Source of the DNA: Antedon mediterranea
Taxonomy: Eukaryota > Animalia > Echinodermata
Direction: 5' to 3'
Assembly: GCF_964355755.1 (NCBI RefSeq)
Contig: NC_092673.1
Span: forward strand, 17,419,648 to 17,483,647
DNA length: 64,000 nucleotides
A program made the position numbers and the translations under genes. Under the pieces are notes generated by a model that was not told the DNA's origin, did no database searches, and saw nothing but the letters and a program-made list of their open reading frames with translations. How positions within the stretch are numbered: position 1 is the first letter of the stretch; every line of letters starts with the position of its first letter. Positions 55,701 through 63,617 of this stretch are shown here, one piece after another.

Positions 55701-57067
55701 GAAAAATTACAAATGCAATCAATTCTTTGTATTTATAAAAACGCCATTTTTTACGTTTAAAAAAAAATTACTTTCCTTAGTTACACATAGAAATGGTTGC
55801 TAAGGGAACACTATGGGTAAAATAAGAAAATTGTTGAGAATTGTTATGAACTATCTTGTAAATTTTGATCAAACATTAATAGTTGTAGTAAAGTGGGGAC
55901 CTGTCCTGTTTTGCATTCTGACCCCTTTTGACCTCAAATGACCTATTTACAAGGTCAGATTTTTTGGGAGGTCTTTCTGTATCTCTTTACACAAAATAGA
56001 TTTAAAAATTTATAAAAACCATTGACGCAATTATTTCCAAGTTTAACATTATTTTCCATCAACTACATATTTCAATGCAAAATACTGTTTTTCTGGCAAT
56101 TAATTGAAATAAACCTGGCAACACATTCTCCTATTTTATCTAAAATATTCGTATGACTCTAGTAGCATTATGACAAGCCACATATACATTTTATTATTGG
56201 ATTAGCCATATTTAAATTGTGTTTCATGTGTTTTGTTTGTTGATATTTTGTTATATTTTTTGTATTTTTCGTATTTTCCTGGCAACACAAAACCTATGTA
56301 CGAAATTTACCCCAGTGTTTTTTTCGTGATTATTGTTGACAAACCTATTGACTATCAAATTAAAAAACCTCATTGATTTAAAAACACCACTTTGGAAGTT
56401 ATAGGTACGTTTATGAGGTATACTTTTATAAAAAAAATATTTCTTAAAAACACCCCTTTTTAAAATAATGGTATCAACCAAACTCCATTTTGTAATTTAT
56501 TTTTTTTCTACATTAAATGGAACTCAATACATGTTGTTTACACTGCTATAAACAAAAACTGTATACTGTAAGTATTTTTGGTTAAAATAAGTATACAAGT
56601 TTGTACTTTTTCACTATAGAAAATCTGTGAAAAATGGCAAAAACATCAAAATTTGGATAATTGACCGTTGTCATGGCAACGGAGGCTAAAAATTGAAATG
56701 AATGTTGTAGATATGCTTTTTATTGAAATGTCTATTCATGGTAAAAATTTGAGAGAAATCCATTTTTTTACATCTGCCACCAAATCTTTGATTTTTACAG
56801 ACAATGGCTCTTAAATCTCGATAAAAAGGAATGAGCGGAGAATTTTAATATTAAAAATGCTTTATTTTTCTTTTAATTTCAGAGAACACTTGGTTAATAA
56901 TTTGTTGTATTTTAGGCTTAGTCTTGATAATCTTGATGGGTAAATATGACGTAATCCTAAAAATGTGTGGTATCTTTGGATTGGCCATAGCTCTATGCAA
57001 ATTTATCTATGAACTATGGAAGAAAAAAAAGTCTTCACTACCAAAAAATGAACCAACAAATGTCTAA
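13799..57067 (+). CDS. Kinase-less Roco protein: ankyrin array - Roc GTPase - COR - tandem DED-like - C-terminal TM segments, ~1329 aa, 30 coding exons
   Basis: Exons: 13799-13806, 14051-14147, 17348-17455, 17675-17785, 18007-18117, 20010-20117, 20337-20447, 20666-20773, 20994-21101, 21321-21425, 22328-22412, 24784-24876, 25242-25401, 25701-25786, 26117-26175, 26452-26497, 27357-27514, 28524-28613, 28790-28969, 29132-29389, 29760-29957, 30652-30846, 31036-31341, 31506-31577, 32198-32411, 43039-43548, 43701-43763, 46217-46241, 52736-52767, 56883-57067. All introns are GT-AG with compatible phases; the total is 3990 nt with no internal stop seen. The small linker exons are the least certain. 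Confidence 0.85.
14051..14147 (+). CDS. Ankyrin N-cap-like exon (NKLEKALLYRGDLQTIKQICKTQPDLVKSINE)
   Basis: ttttaacag acceptor, phase 2 to 0, resembles A..GDL..VK.L N-caps; joins in frame to the first repeat exon. Confidence 0.75.
14266..15123. repeat. Minisatellite, ~71-bp unit, ~12 copies (intronic)
   Basis: Unit acctgcatgtactgattaaccacattaggctaaaaataataatataaatacacactgatgatgggggtata. Confidence 0.95.
15176..16556. mobile_element. Non-autonomous hAT-like element
   Basis: TIR CAGAGGTCCCAA / TTGGGACCCCTG, subterminal gcggta repeats at the right end; no TSD recognised. Confidence 0.55.
17348..17455 (+). CDS. Ankyrin exon 1: NGDTPLHSYLGSGYRSTLEIVTCLIQHGTPVALQNK
   Basis: G.TPLH...LEIV..LI.HG ankyrin consensus, phase 0-0, 108 nt. 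Confidence 0.92.
17675..17785 (+). CDS. Ankyrin exon 2: DGDTPLHSYLWSSMYPPTLEIVTCLIQHGAPATLQNK
   Basis: 111 nt, phase 0-0. Confidence 0.92.
18007..18117 (+). CDS. Ankyrin exon 3: SGDTPLHSYLRSGCTAPTLEIVTCLIQHGAPVALQNE
   Basis: 111 nt, phase 0-0. Confidence 0.92.
18163..19829. mobile_element. Non-autonomous hAT-like element inserted in an array intron
   Basis: 14-bp TIR CAGGCCTCGAATTT / AAATTCGAGGCCTG, 6-bp TSD CTATAG; removing it restores a 219-nt intron; a second copy starts at 63618. Confidence 0.92.
20010..20117 (+). CDS. Ankyrin exon 4: NGNTPLHSYLERKYPHTLAIVTCLIQHGAPATLQNK
   Basis: 108 nt, phase 0-0. Confidence 0.92.
20337..20447 (+). CDS. Ankyrin exon 5: YGETLLHIYLWAGYTAPTLEIVTCLIQHGTPLALQNE
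   Basis: 111 nt, phase 0-0. Confidence 0.92.
20666..20773 (+). CDS. Ankyrin exon 6: SGDTLLHLYLGSGYRPTLEIVTCLIQHGTPLALQNK
   Basis: 108 nt, phase 0-0. Confidence 0.92.
20994..21101 (+). CDS. Ankyrin exon 7: DGDTPLHSYLSSVYAPTLEIVTCLIQHEAPLALQNK
   Basis: 108 nt, phase 0-0. Confidence 0.92.
21321..21425 (+). CDS. Ankyrin exon 8: NGDTLLHSYLRSGYPTLEIVTCLIQHGTPVALQSK
   Basis: 105 nt, phase 0-0. Confidence 0.92.
22328..22412 (+). CDS. Ankyrin C-cap-like exon (DGNTPVSLLESNRWIKEHSKTEILNFLE)
   Basis: G.TP..L...EI..FL C-cap pattern; phase 0 to 1 bridges the array to the linker exon; GTAAGT donor. Confidence 0.85.
22985..23995. repeat. ~120-bp direct repeats flanking a degenerate repetitive insert
   Basis: 22985-23106 resembles 23870-23995 (cattc..gg.aaacaatttacgatagga...ttcacaca); the insert has internal ctatctat repeats and ends ttttttactatgggta. 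Confidence 0.55.
25242..29300 (+). CDS. Roc GTPase domain exons
   Basis: G1 GQGGVGKT, G2 VTDGI, G3 FNIWDHGGQ, YIVVFDL, G4 IVGTHKG, G5-like YFAIEN; preceded by the typical Y.EALK.G. Confidence 0.92.
27622..28208. mobile_element. MITE-like element with ~45-bp inverted repeats
   Basis: agtagattcttgtcacttgattggaggattgtgggtcacatgata (~27637) vs tatcatgtgacccataatcctccaatcaaataaaaagaatctact (~28147). Confidence 0.7.
29290..32411 (+). CDS. COR domain exons
   Basis: PLKW, LNFLYDLGEIVY, VVLDP..LVEI, KGIL...LL..LW, LVALMIQLGFIC, FFVPLRL, YYDF.GYLP..LF..LI and a terminal C.C...H...C. Confidence 0.88.
30218..30517. mobile_element. piggyBac-type MITE, 300 bp
   Basis: TTAA|CCCTTTCACTG ... CAGTGAAAGGG|TTAA. 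Confidence 0.88.
32500..33414. mobile_element. MULE/foldback-like non-autonomous element
   Basis: Inverted arms built of 15-bp repeats (caagtcggcccc/caactcggcctc); 9-10-bp TSD (T)CATCCCTAC at 32490-32499 and 33415-33424. Confidence 0.85.
33560..34170. repeat. Minisatellite, 88-bp unit, ~6-7 copies
   Basis: Period 88 (ORF track starts at 33709, 33797, 33885, 33973); the last unit is split by the LINE and resumes at 36591. Confidence 0.93.
34171..36590 (-). mobile_element. Internally deleted RTE/RTEX-like LINE (partial RT, ORF 36412..34727)
   Basis: KSPGIDG, PIFKKGD...NYRGISL, QAGFR, FIDFKRAFDSV, QGSPLS..LF, FKYLG; the xADD segment is absent; C-terminal C..C..EDEYHF...CP lies in another frame; 12-bp TSD TAGCTGTGATAT (34159-34170, 36591-36602). 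Confidence 0.9.
36646..37313. mobile_element. hAT-like MITE
   Basis: TIR CAGGCCCGTATGCAG / CTGGATACGGACCTG, G-runs inside the ends, flanking CTATA repeated. Confidence 0.65.
39100..39800 (-). pseudogene. Degenerate Ty1/copia pol remnant
   Basis: Protease-like HCGATFHII...NFDPKHNY.LAD and integrase-core-like TSRPYSLHQNGTAERYWRTFFE, then TGQIPY; many stops and deletions. Confidence 0.6.
40460..41386 (+). mobile_element. 5'-truncated CR1/L2-group LINE (RT C-terminus, ORF 40467..41174)
   Basis: W...N.M..KPSKC, LLGVII..DLKW, YIRPILEYAAPVW, IEKVQKRALR; A-rich tail with AATAAA near 41370. Confidence 0.88.
43039..43548 (+). CDS. Tandem death-effector-domain-like exon (170 aa, phase 1-1)
   Basis: F..FKV.LS....LKFLL....F..LL..L...GFISPTNVYLLLEI, then a second unit LSSYRKQLFKAL...IWDAV..LE, as in tandem DEDs; in phase with the COR-terminal exon. 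Confidence 0.7.
46322..47304. repeat. Duplicated block, copy 1 (continues at 52226-52350); possibly Helitron-derived
   Basis: Colinear similarity to 57336-58640. Confidence 0.8.
48045..52083 (-). mobile_element. Young RTE/RTEX-like LINE, 5'-truncated, (TAAA)n tail
   Basis: Tail (ttta)n at 48043-48065, ~8-bp TSD ATAATATT (48037-48044, 52084-52091). Confidence 0.92.
48373..52071 (-). CDS. LINE ORF2: APE endonuclease + reverse transcriptase + C-terminal CCHC finger
   Basis: Open for 1232 codons; N.N.L, IAETHL, GGGIG, LGDFNA, IDYML, SDH; RT QGCVLSP, FWADDIVLL, YKYLG; C..C...EDIHHFILNC. Confidence 0.95.
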   Translation of the reverse strand, partial: DNASNVDINIETPNIYSILPDELNNELNIDIHPRAPKRQTKHRRGGRKKKKNIPVGKNSLNICFNNINCLSKHRIYEIEKFIYSKSIDILGIAETHLKESNAISIKGYNWVGKERNGKKGGGIGLFLSDKIVVTSENVLNCIDDDFERLWVKVSVDKVPLYICVAYFPVQGVNNDLTDDLYAQLLSEIIRIEEKEMNPLILLLGDFNARIGDSIYNGDPVINSNGERLIQFTKNANLTNLNSTIFCEGKITWQRNNQQSTIDYMLCSKSLINYVNKLIIDEHRQFSFGSDHCVLWLTLNNLNISNQQTSNQNKPIWDIKHNQDYSFYQQKVEEKFNDWNVSNEKNIDTTWDLWKEKIIEAATEGIGIRRVNNKNKPWFDKEIDDAIKKRKIASREHRTWVKNNKITNRNCTDNNNTNNTMNYDNGVTLWEHYKEAQKHVKQLVAQKITEKRVRKSIEIANKGGKSCKDFWKVLKGNTNNSKNIQCIKSRDSGENIVEKGKMNEVVKDYWENLGKANMNLNDCGTYLTSRFVNNIRNQTKTNCTYDKDVDENCLYDVKIDYDIVKEAILMAKNNKSPGLDNITNELIKNGGDKLIRSILDLFLQILKLEQIPSEWNISVIVPIYKKGDRNDLNNYRGISLTSCISKIFNRIVAKNISLYLEDNAILSEVQGGFRPSYRCEDHIFVLKSIATCRLQQGKHTYMAFLDFRKAFDSVWRDGLMKSIWNTGIRGKVWRMIDKLYANVKGKVSSGIIDTDIFDIDQGVKQGCVLSPVLFSIYINEFTKMLRSKDIGIRINDTWMGSLFWADDIVLLANNELEMKRMLDLAGNFAKEWKLCFNFEKSNILITGKRVDKVRQWKLGNGFISETESYKYLGVHISRKLNDHIQIENVIKKGQRLIAYVKSIISSFDNFNRVYYGDTLWRSIVLPSINYGCSVWCSLSRIDIDKLERLQLQMARYILKAPRNTPCAALYGELGWSPINKIHNALRMKYFHRIIKMENYRWPKIMFIGMLQLNCEFKDLRYKFLSCINDILLKCNCESKNIFTTLSNYKEVYFPISEILRKLNYIMIDEWRIELQNKSSLHIYETLKSKPGLENYLIDKNNFEGAALKFKARSNTLPLNDRTANWNIDNNKKCKLCGTNSDEDIHHFILNCPALNNIRNQELFHLYVDMYRNGSKDMFDTFYTSPENDKLKYILGYSDNLIDEECENILDSFCKRYLKQAWQFRNDSLNSMTQ
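53023..56810. mobile_element. Non-autonomous TTAA-target element (Kolobok-like) with long imperfect TIRs
   Basis: TTAA|GAGCCATTGTCTGTAA ... TTACAGACAATGGCTC|TTAA; inverted similarity extends ~550 bp. Confidence 0.85.
54649..55178. mobile_element. Tc1/mariner-type MITE nested in the Kolobok-like element
   Basis: Right end ...ggccacttacgggaggttcaactg|TA; left end appears truncated (TA|cagcggccacctccc). Confidence 0.5.
56883..57067 (+). CDS. Terminal exon with two hydrophobic segments: ENTWLIICCILGLVLIILMGKYDVILKMCGIFGLAIALCKFIYELWKKKKSSLPKNEPTNV*
   Basis: Strong polypyrimidine acceptor, phase 1 matches the preceding exon, TAA at 57065, AATAAA at ~57198. Confidence 0.7.
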
Positions 57068-57335
57068 GCTGCAGAGAGTGGTGTTGTTCCAATCAATTGC
57101 AAAAAAAAAGACAAAAAATAATGCTTTATTTAAAAACAGTGTTACACTTGAATCATGCAAAGGTGTCTTTCGCTGAGGTCATACAATGTCATAGATAAAT
57201 AAACCAAGTATTGTACAGACAAATTTATTTCATCTGTTACATTACTGTTTATTTTAATAGATCTGGCATTAGACTACAACCACCAAAAGCCAATCTATGT
57301 AGAACTGGGAAGTCCTTTATTGTAAATAGCATTCA

Positions 57336-58640
57336 TCTATATATAAATTATGGTTCATTCTGACAAAGGCGAGCACAATGCAAAAACTTCGGTATAAATC
57401 TCCGCCTTGGATACCTACCTTATCCATCTCAGATGTACCCCGAAACGTAGATTTGATAACATTAGTTTTTAGTACTACGCTATTGTTCCATATTTCTATC
57501 TTAGGAAGATATTATAAAGAGTTTTTTAACAAAATTTATGATTTCAACAGTAGATTTTCTACTCAATTTCAATTCTTCGCAGTCCAAGTAATTTCCGGGT
57601 TCACGATGAGTTCACCTTGCAACAACCTGGTTTCAACTATTTTCTCTCTTTTATACACAAGGGAGCAGTTAAAATAATAGATTTGACCCTAAAGGTGACT
57701 GGAAACAGGCACTTTCCATCAATCAATACAGTGTTCCTTTGTAAGTCGGGAAAAAAAAAACCGATAGTAGCCTAGGACTGGAGCTTTGTTTATTTTAGGA
57801 ATGGACCGCGCGTGTGAAGGTACAGTAATTTAAAAATAAAAATTATACTGCAAATTAATAAAGATCAAATTAAATATATGCCATAAAGAATCGGAATATA
57901 TTGTGGGGAATAGTACTATGAAATTACATAGGGAGATTTGATGATAAGATAAGACATTTTGTTTAAAATCGAGTGAAATCCCGATAGCCGAGTTTTATTG
58001 AGTAAGCTGGCAGAAATAACTGTAGGCTATCTGTGTCCCGTTAGGACCGAGATGTCTGCCCATGTTGCAAGCCGTAATGTCTTCTTTCTTTGGCCGAAAC
58101 GGCCCACTCTGTCACGGAAGTTAGTTTCAAAAGATGTTTAAATTAAATAATGTATTAATTATTAGGATGGTATTTATTTGAATAAACCGCCTCTCCAATA
58201 AAACGTCACTTTGAATAATAATCCCTCCTCCCAACCCAACTATCTAATAAACATCCATCCACATTTATAATAACACAATTATACTATTTGTAGTAGAATT
58301 CATCGCACTGTTATCTACAATTTACCAAGCATTTGTTATTCTTTTTTACCACTTTTCATATCTACAGTATTAGAGGATTTCATTTGATTATAAATGTTAC
58401 CATATAATTAAAACTAAAAAATTTAACATATCCCTCGAATAAGCACCTCCCTCGAATGAACTCAGCCTCCCCACCTCCGCCCTATAAGGGCCCTCCAAAC
58501 AATAAACACTATACTTTAAAATGTTATTAATCATCTAAGACACTGTGAAACAGAGTAGTTTAGTTTTACGAATGTCAAGCATTTTCAATAATGGTAACCG
58601 ACAGAAAACGTACAAGGAGAACATTATCATTCCGAGAACC
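57336..58640. repeat. Duplicated block, copy 2 (uninterrupted)
   Basis: Begins a|TCTATATATAAA, contains hairpin GGCCGAAACGGCC; matches 46322-47304 plus 52226-52350. Confidence 0.8.
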
Positions 58641-59054
58641 ATAGTCTACACTTCCTAGAGGGGGAGCGAGTGAAGCGAGTACAATTTTAACATTTGACGA
58701 TAACTCTTTACTGTAATTTTTGTTTTGAATTTTTAATCGTTTTAACAGTATTTTACATGGCATATGGCAGTTTTGCAATCTGCATTTTTAATAGTTGTTT
58801 TTAACAGTATTTTAACATAGGCCTATAAATTGTATTTTAACATTGCCTTTTGCATTGTGATGTATTTTTCTTTGTTGTTTTATTTTAAAATAAGGATACT
58901 GGAATATTTAGAAGTTATTTACAAGCAATCATTGGGATTTGTTTATTTTAATTACTTTCATTTTACATAAAGCATAGAGATATTATAACTATATATATCG
59001 TACACTATAATAAATGATAAAGACGCTAGTGAATTACCAAATGAACATTTTATT

Positions 59055-59098
59055 GCACTACAGGCTGTTTCATGAGTATGAACTCAATCTTCAGGTGC
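59055..59098 (-). ncRNA. Putative minimal type I hammerhead ribozyme (Penelope-like element remnant)
   Basis: Minus strand GCAC-CUGAAGA-U-UGAGU-ucau-ACUCA-U-GAAA-CAG-c-CUG-UA-GUGC followed by AAUAAA. Confidence 0.6.
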
Positions 59099-59994
59099 TT
59101 GGCTCTGAATGAATATATCTCTATGCATAAAGTGATAAAGCTGTGAGTTTTTGTCAGAGAATTTTAGAGATTCTCTGCTATTTTGTATACATTTGTACAT
59201 TACAGTGATGAAATATTATAATATAAAATGTGAATAAGATGATTTTTTTTTGTATAAAGAAAATTGTAACAATAAATAATTTATATTTTGATTCATTTTA
59301 TCAGTCATTGTGTTTTGTGTGTATAGCAATATAAAGGATTATTTGTGTGTGTTACATTGTCTGCTACATTGATTTGTAACTGTAAAATACAGTCAACTCT
59401 CCCAACCCAAAACATTCATGAAAACGCTTAACAAGACCATTTTAAAGACCAGAATTCCTTTCTTGCTTTTATAAAATGTTTTAAAGAAATCATACTTTTT
59501 AGCTTTGATCAAGTGTGTTTGGCTTCTATAAGGAGAGCTCTATATCTTAATTGATATAATAGGTGTTACATTTGTCTTATTTTCAGCCTTGAAGCTGCTT
59601 TTTGTTTTATCTACCATAGAACAAAAATATAAAAGAAATTAATTCAATTTTTCTTTTCTAATAAAATGCGTAAAAAGAATTAAAAAAATCAAATATAAAA
59701 CTGGATATTATTCTTTATACAAATTTGTAAGGAAGGATTTAATTGGAAGAGGAAGAAGAGAAATGTAGTCCTAATACAACTTATAGCAATATAATATTTT
59801 TATCCATTTTACCATGGAGAAATATGATATTAATTATTTACCCGGAGTTTTTATGTTACCGCGATGTGGCCAATCGGGCCAATTACAGTAAATCATGGTA
59901 AATGTATTACTTTATTTTTTTTTTAAAGCTCTTGCGTTTTATATAAACATTGATTGCGCCCTCAATAAAGTTTAATTTCAACAACATACCACAC

Positions 59995-60816
59995 CAAAGA
60001 ATATATATAACAAGAATGAGTATTCCGCGATTTTTGCATGAGAAATTTGTAACAGAGAGCTCCAGAGAGTGATGCCCGCCCTCATAAGGGCGGATGTATA
60101 CATACTAAATAAGACTTGATTTAATAGATATTGTACATGTCACATTAAATAGAATTATGATAATCTATTTCGCAATTGTAAACTATTTTATAATACATAT
60201 TTATTAACAAACTAGTGTACATTCACTTTTACAGACAGTTATTTACTAACATGCTAAATTAGTTCACAAAAAAGGCCTAACACAGCAACACCAAAATCAA
60301 CGAATCGTTACTCAGCACGGCCTATTCTTTACCATTGCCGCGCACTACTCTACGCCCGGTAAATTAAGTATTGTTTTAATGATATAAATTAGTATAAAAT
60401 ACATGTTATTTATAGGATAAAATGTTAAATGTCATTAACATTTATTTGTTTTACCAGAAACAAGTTAAATATAGGAATATTATTAAACTATCCGTGAACA
60501 CCAACACGCCCGGTCACGCTATCGTAGCGCCCGGTTGATAAAGCGAACTGTTTATACGGCAGTTTTTACTAAATAAATTGCATAAAACGAACAATTAAAT
60601 ATCCAAATAGCATTTAACATGATGTTGGCATGTAGTTGATAATATTTTTATCATGAAAATACTACCGGTGGTCCAGCCTTTGATTAGTGAAACCGTCACA
60701 AACAGTTGTATACATCCCAGATACATCCTCACTTATGGCGGCGCCCTACCACATGGACAATATTACTGTTACAGGGAAAATCGCGGATTACTCATTCTTG
60801 TTATATATATTCTTTG
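59995..60816. mobile_element. P-element-superfamily MITE
   Basis: ~40-bp TIR CAAAGAATATATATAACAAGAATGAGTA..., CA..TG ends, 7-bp TSD ACCACAC. Confidence 0.85.
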
Positions 60817-61056
60817 ACCACACACACCATAAACAAACTTTGACAACATGTATCTGAATAAAAAAAAGTAAGTATTTATCTTATTATGGACTTAAAAGCC
60901 AACGGAATTCTTTAGAATGGCAGATAATATTCATTGACAGGCATCATTAAACCTATCTTACTCATATTATGTTGGACTAGGCCTAGCCTAGATGATGTAT
61001 CAATCTTATCTAGGCTAGGCCTAGGCTAGCCCTAGTTAGGGCCAGCCTGCCTGGGC

Positions 61057-62232
61057 GCGATTTTTTTTTTCGTACATAAGTTGGGGACCCCATAATGAAA
61101 CGTCACAAAATAAACATGAATAATTCATCAGTTAAATTTTCTTGTTCCGTGTGCACCCAAGCGTATAGCAACAAGAAGTGATTACACAAGTGCGGTACGA
61201 TTCTAGGCCTATCTCCGCTGATTTCATAATAGAATAGCGGAGTTTTGTGTGGATTGTCGAAATAATCAGCCTTTAGTTTATGGTGTTTTTAATATAGTTT
61301 ATTACTAAAGAATTACGTGTTAAAATTATAGTTTCTATTGATACTATTAGGCCTAATTACTAGTCTCTAAACCCCTGTATATTCTAGTAGTAGCTGTGTG
61401 GGTGTGTGTGACAATTGTGTCTTTGGGCTATGTCCAATTAGCTGTCGATTAGCCTCGACACATTTTGCATAGTGGACGTGTGTGTGAAGAAGAGTGTGCG
61501 CGAAGGCAATCACGTGAATTGACCTAGAATCCTAGGCCTATTATTGTAGAAAGAATCGTATCGCAGTTGTTGTTCCGTGTGCACCCAAGCGTTCTTGGAC
61601 ATAGCCCAAAGAAAGCTTAGACCCACAAGAATAAAGAATGTGTATAATTTGTGTACTGTATTTTTTTAATTCTGCTATCAATTATCAAACAATATGCAAT
61701 GTACTCAAAGGAACTTTAAAAATGCGCGTATATGAACACATGAGATGGGAAGATTTGACCCACGAGAATAAAAAATGTATTTTTGTGTAATGTGTATTGT
61801 TTAATTTTGCTGACTTATTACTCGGATTGTGTCATACCAAAGATAGTGTAACTATCTTTGGTCATACCTAACACACACACACGTCACACACATCCACACA
61901 GCTACTACTAGAATAGACATGGGTTTAGAGACTAATAATTAGGCCTAATAGTATTAATAGAAACTATAATTTTAACACGTAATTCTTTGGTAATAAATTA
62001 TATTAAAAACACCATAAACTAAAGGCCGATTATTTCGACAATCCACACAAAACGCCGCTATTCTTCAACAGCGGAGATAGGCCTAGAATCGTACCGCACT
62101 TGTGTAATCACTTCTTGTTGCTATACGCTTGGGTGCACACGGAACAAGAAAATTTAACTGATGAATTATTCATGTTTATTTTGTGACGTTTCATGAGGGG
62201 GTCCCCAACTTATGTACGAAAAAAAAAATCGC
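61057..62232. mobile_element. MULE-type foldback element with ~350-bp TIRs
   Basis: 61057-61410 is the reverse complement of ~61875-62232; 9-bp TSD TGCCTGGGC. Confidence 0.92.
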
Positions 62233-62734
62233 TGCCTGGGCTAGGCCTAGTCCCTATCTCTATAGTACTACAGTAGGCCTATTAGGCTACTCTAGGAGGA
62301 GAGGGCATAGCATGTAGAAGTTAGATATGGCTAGGCCTAGTAAGACTACAGATTAGTGGAGACCTAAGGTGTGCTATGGTCTATTATTAGGCTAGAAGGC
62401 CTGCTTTACAGGAAGACCAAGCCGGCACTGATCCACAACTGCATTTGAATTTAACAGCGTTGCCAGCGATAAAATTTAAATTATGCCGTATCCTGTCTCA
62501 AATAATGCCAGATTGGGAAAAATAATGCCAGATCCCCAAAATGTGGCCCTAAACAGCGCCACCAACGGTTGTATGTCTAATAAACGTTTGTAAAACCCCA
62601 ACTGACACAAAATAGGGCCTAAAATTGTATCCCATGTCATACAAAATTTATATTTTTAGTTTTGTGAGTAATAACTAATAATTCTAAATATCTGGGGTGC
62701 GAAAATGGTAATTGCAAATGACACCAACACCAAC

Positions 62735-63290
62735 CAAAATTTGGAAAAATACAGCTACTCGATGGCCAGAAATGGCACTTAATTTAAAATATGAAATAAA
62801 AATATATTTATTAGTGTCTCCATGATCTTAGCCCACCATAGTTCGAAAATGGCAATTATAATTTAAAATAGGAAATCAAAATATATATTAATTGTGTCTC
62901 CAGGACCTCAGCCCCAACCATGGTGGGGCTGAGGTAAGAAAATTTGAAAAATATAGAGCTGCTCAATGGCCGGAAATGGCACTTAGGCCTAATTTCAAAT
63001 ATAAAATAAAAATATATTTATTAGTACCTCCAGGATCTTAGCCCATGATAGTTTTGAAAGTGGCAATTATAATTTAAAATAGGAAATAAAAATATATATT
63101 AAGTGTTTCCAGGACCTCAGCCCCACCATGGTTGGGGCTGAGGTAAAACAAATTGGAAAAATAGAGCTGCTAGATGGCCGGAAATTGCACTTAATTTTAA
63201 ATAACAATGTATAAGAGTCCCAAGGACCTCGCCCCATCATGGTCACTGAGAGGTGAAGAAAATTTGGAAATATAGGGTTGCTACGACGAT
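62735..63290. repeat. Degenerate tandem repeat, ~200-210-bp unit, ~2.5 copies
   Basis: Recurrent aaatggcactt...ctccaggacctcagcccc..ccatgg..ggggctgaggtaa. Confidence 0.75.
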
Positions 63291-63617
63291 GCAAATAGAA
63301 CATAATTTGAAATAGGGAAAACAAATTCTCTAGAAGAAATTCTTTTTAAAATTAGTTACGTAATTTCAGCGTAAAAAAACTGTCGGTTTCAAATGTACGT
63401 ACGGCAGGACTATAAAACATTGTCGTTTACAGAAACAAATAAATAGACACAATGATTTATGTAGTCAACCAAAATTAGCACCTAGAAACTTGTCACAAAA
63501 TGAGTCGAAATTTGTTATTTAAAAAACCCAATTTTGTTAAATTATTCTTTATATTTCTTTATTATCCAATCATTAACGAAATATTTTTTTATAGGCCTAT
63601 AAATAATATACCACTAA

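Noticed and set aside
13799-57067. Naming the gene DAPK1, LRRK or MFHAS1
   Set aside because: No kinase or LRR domain seen; orthology cannot be supported from the sequence alone
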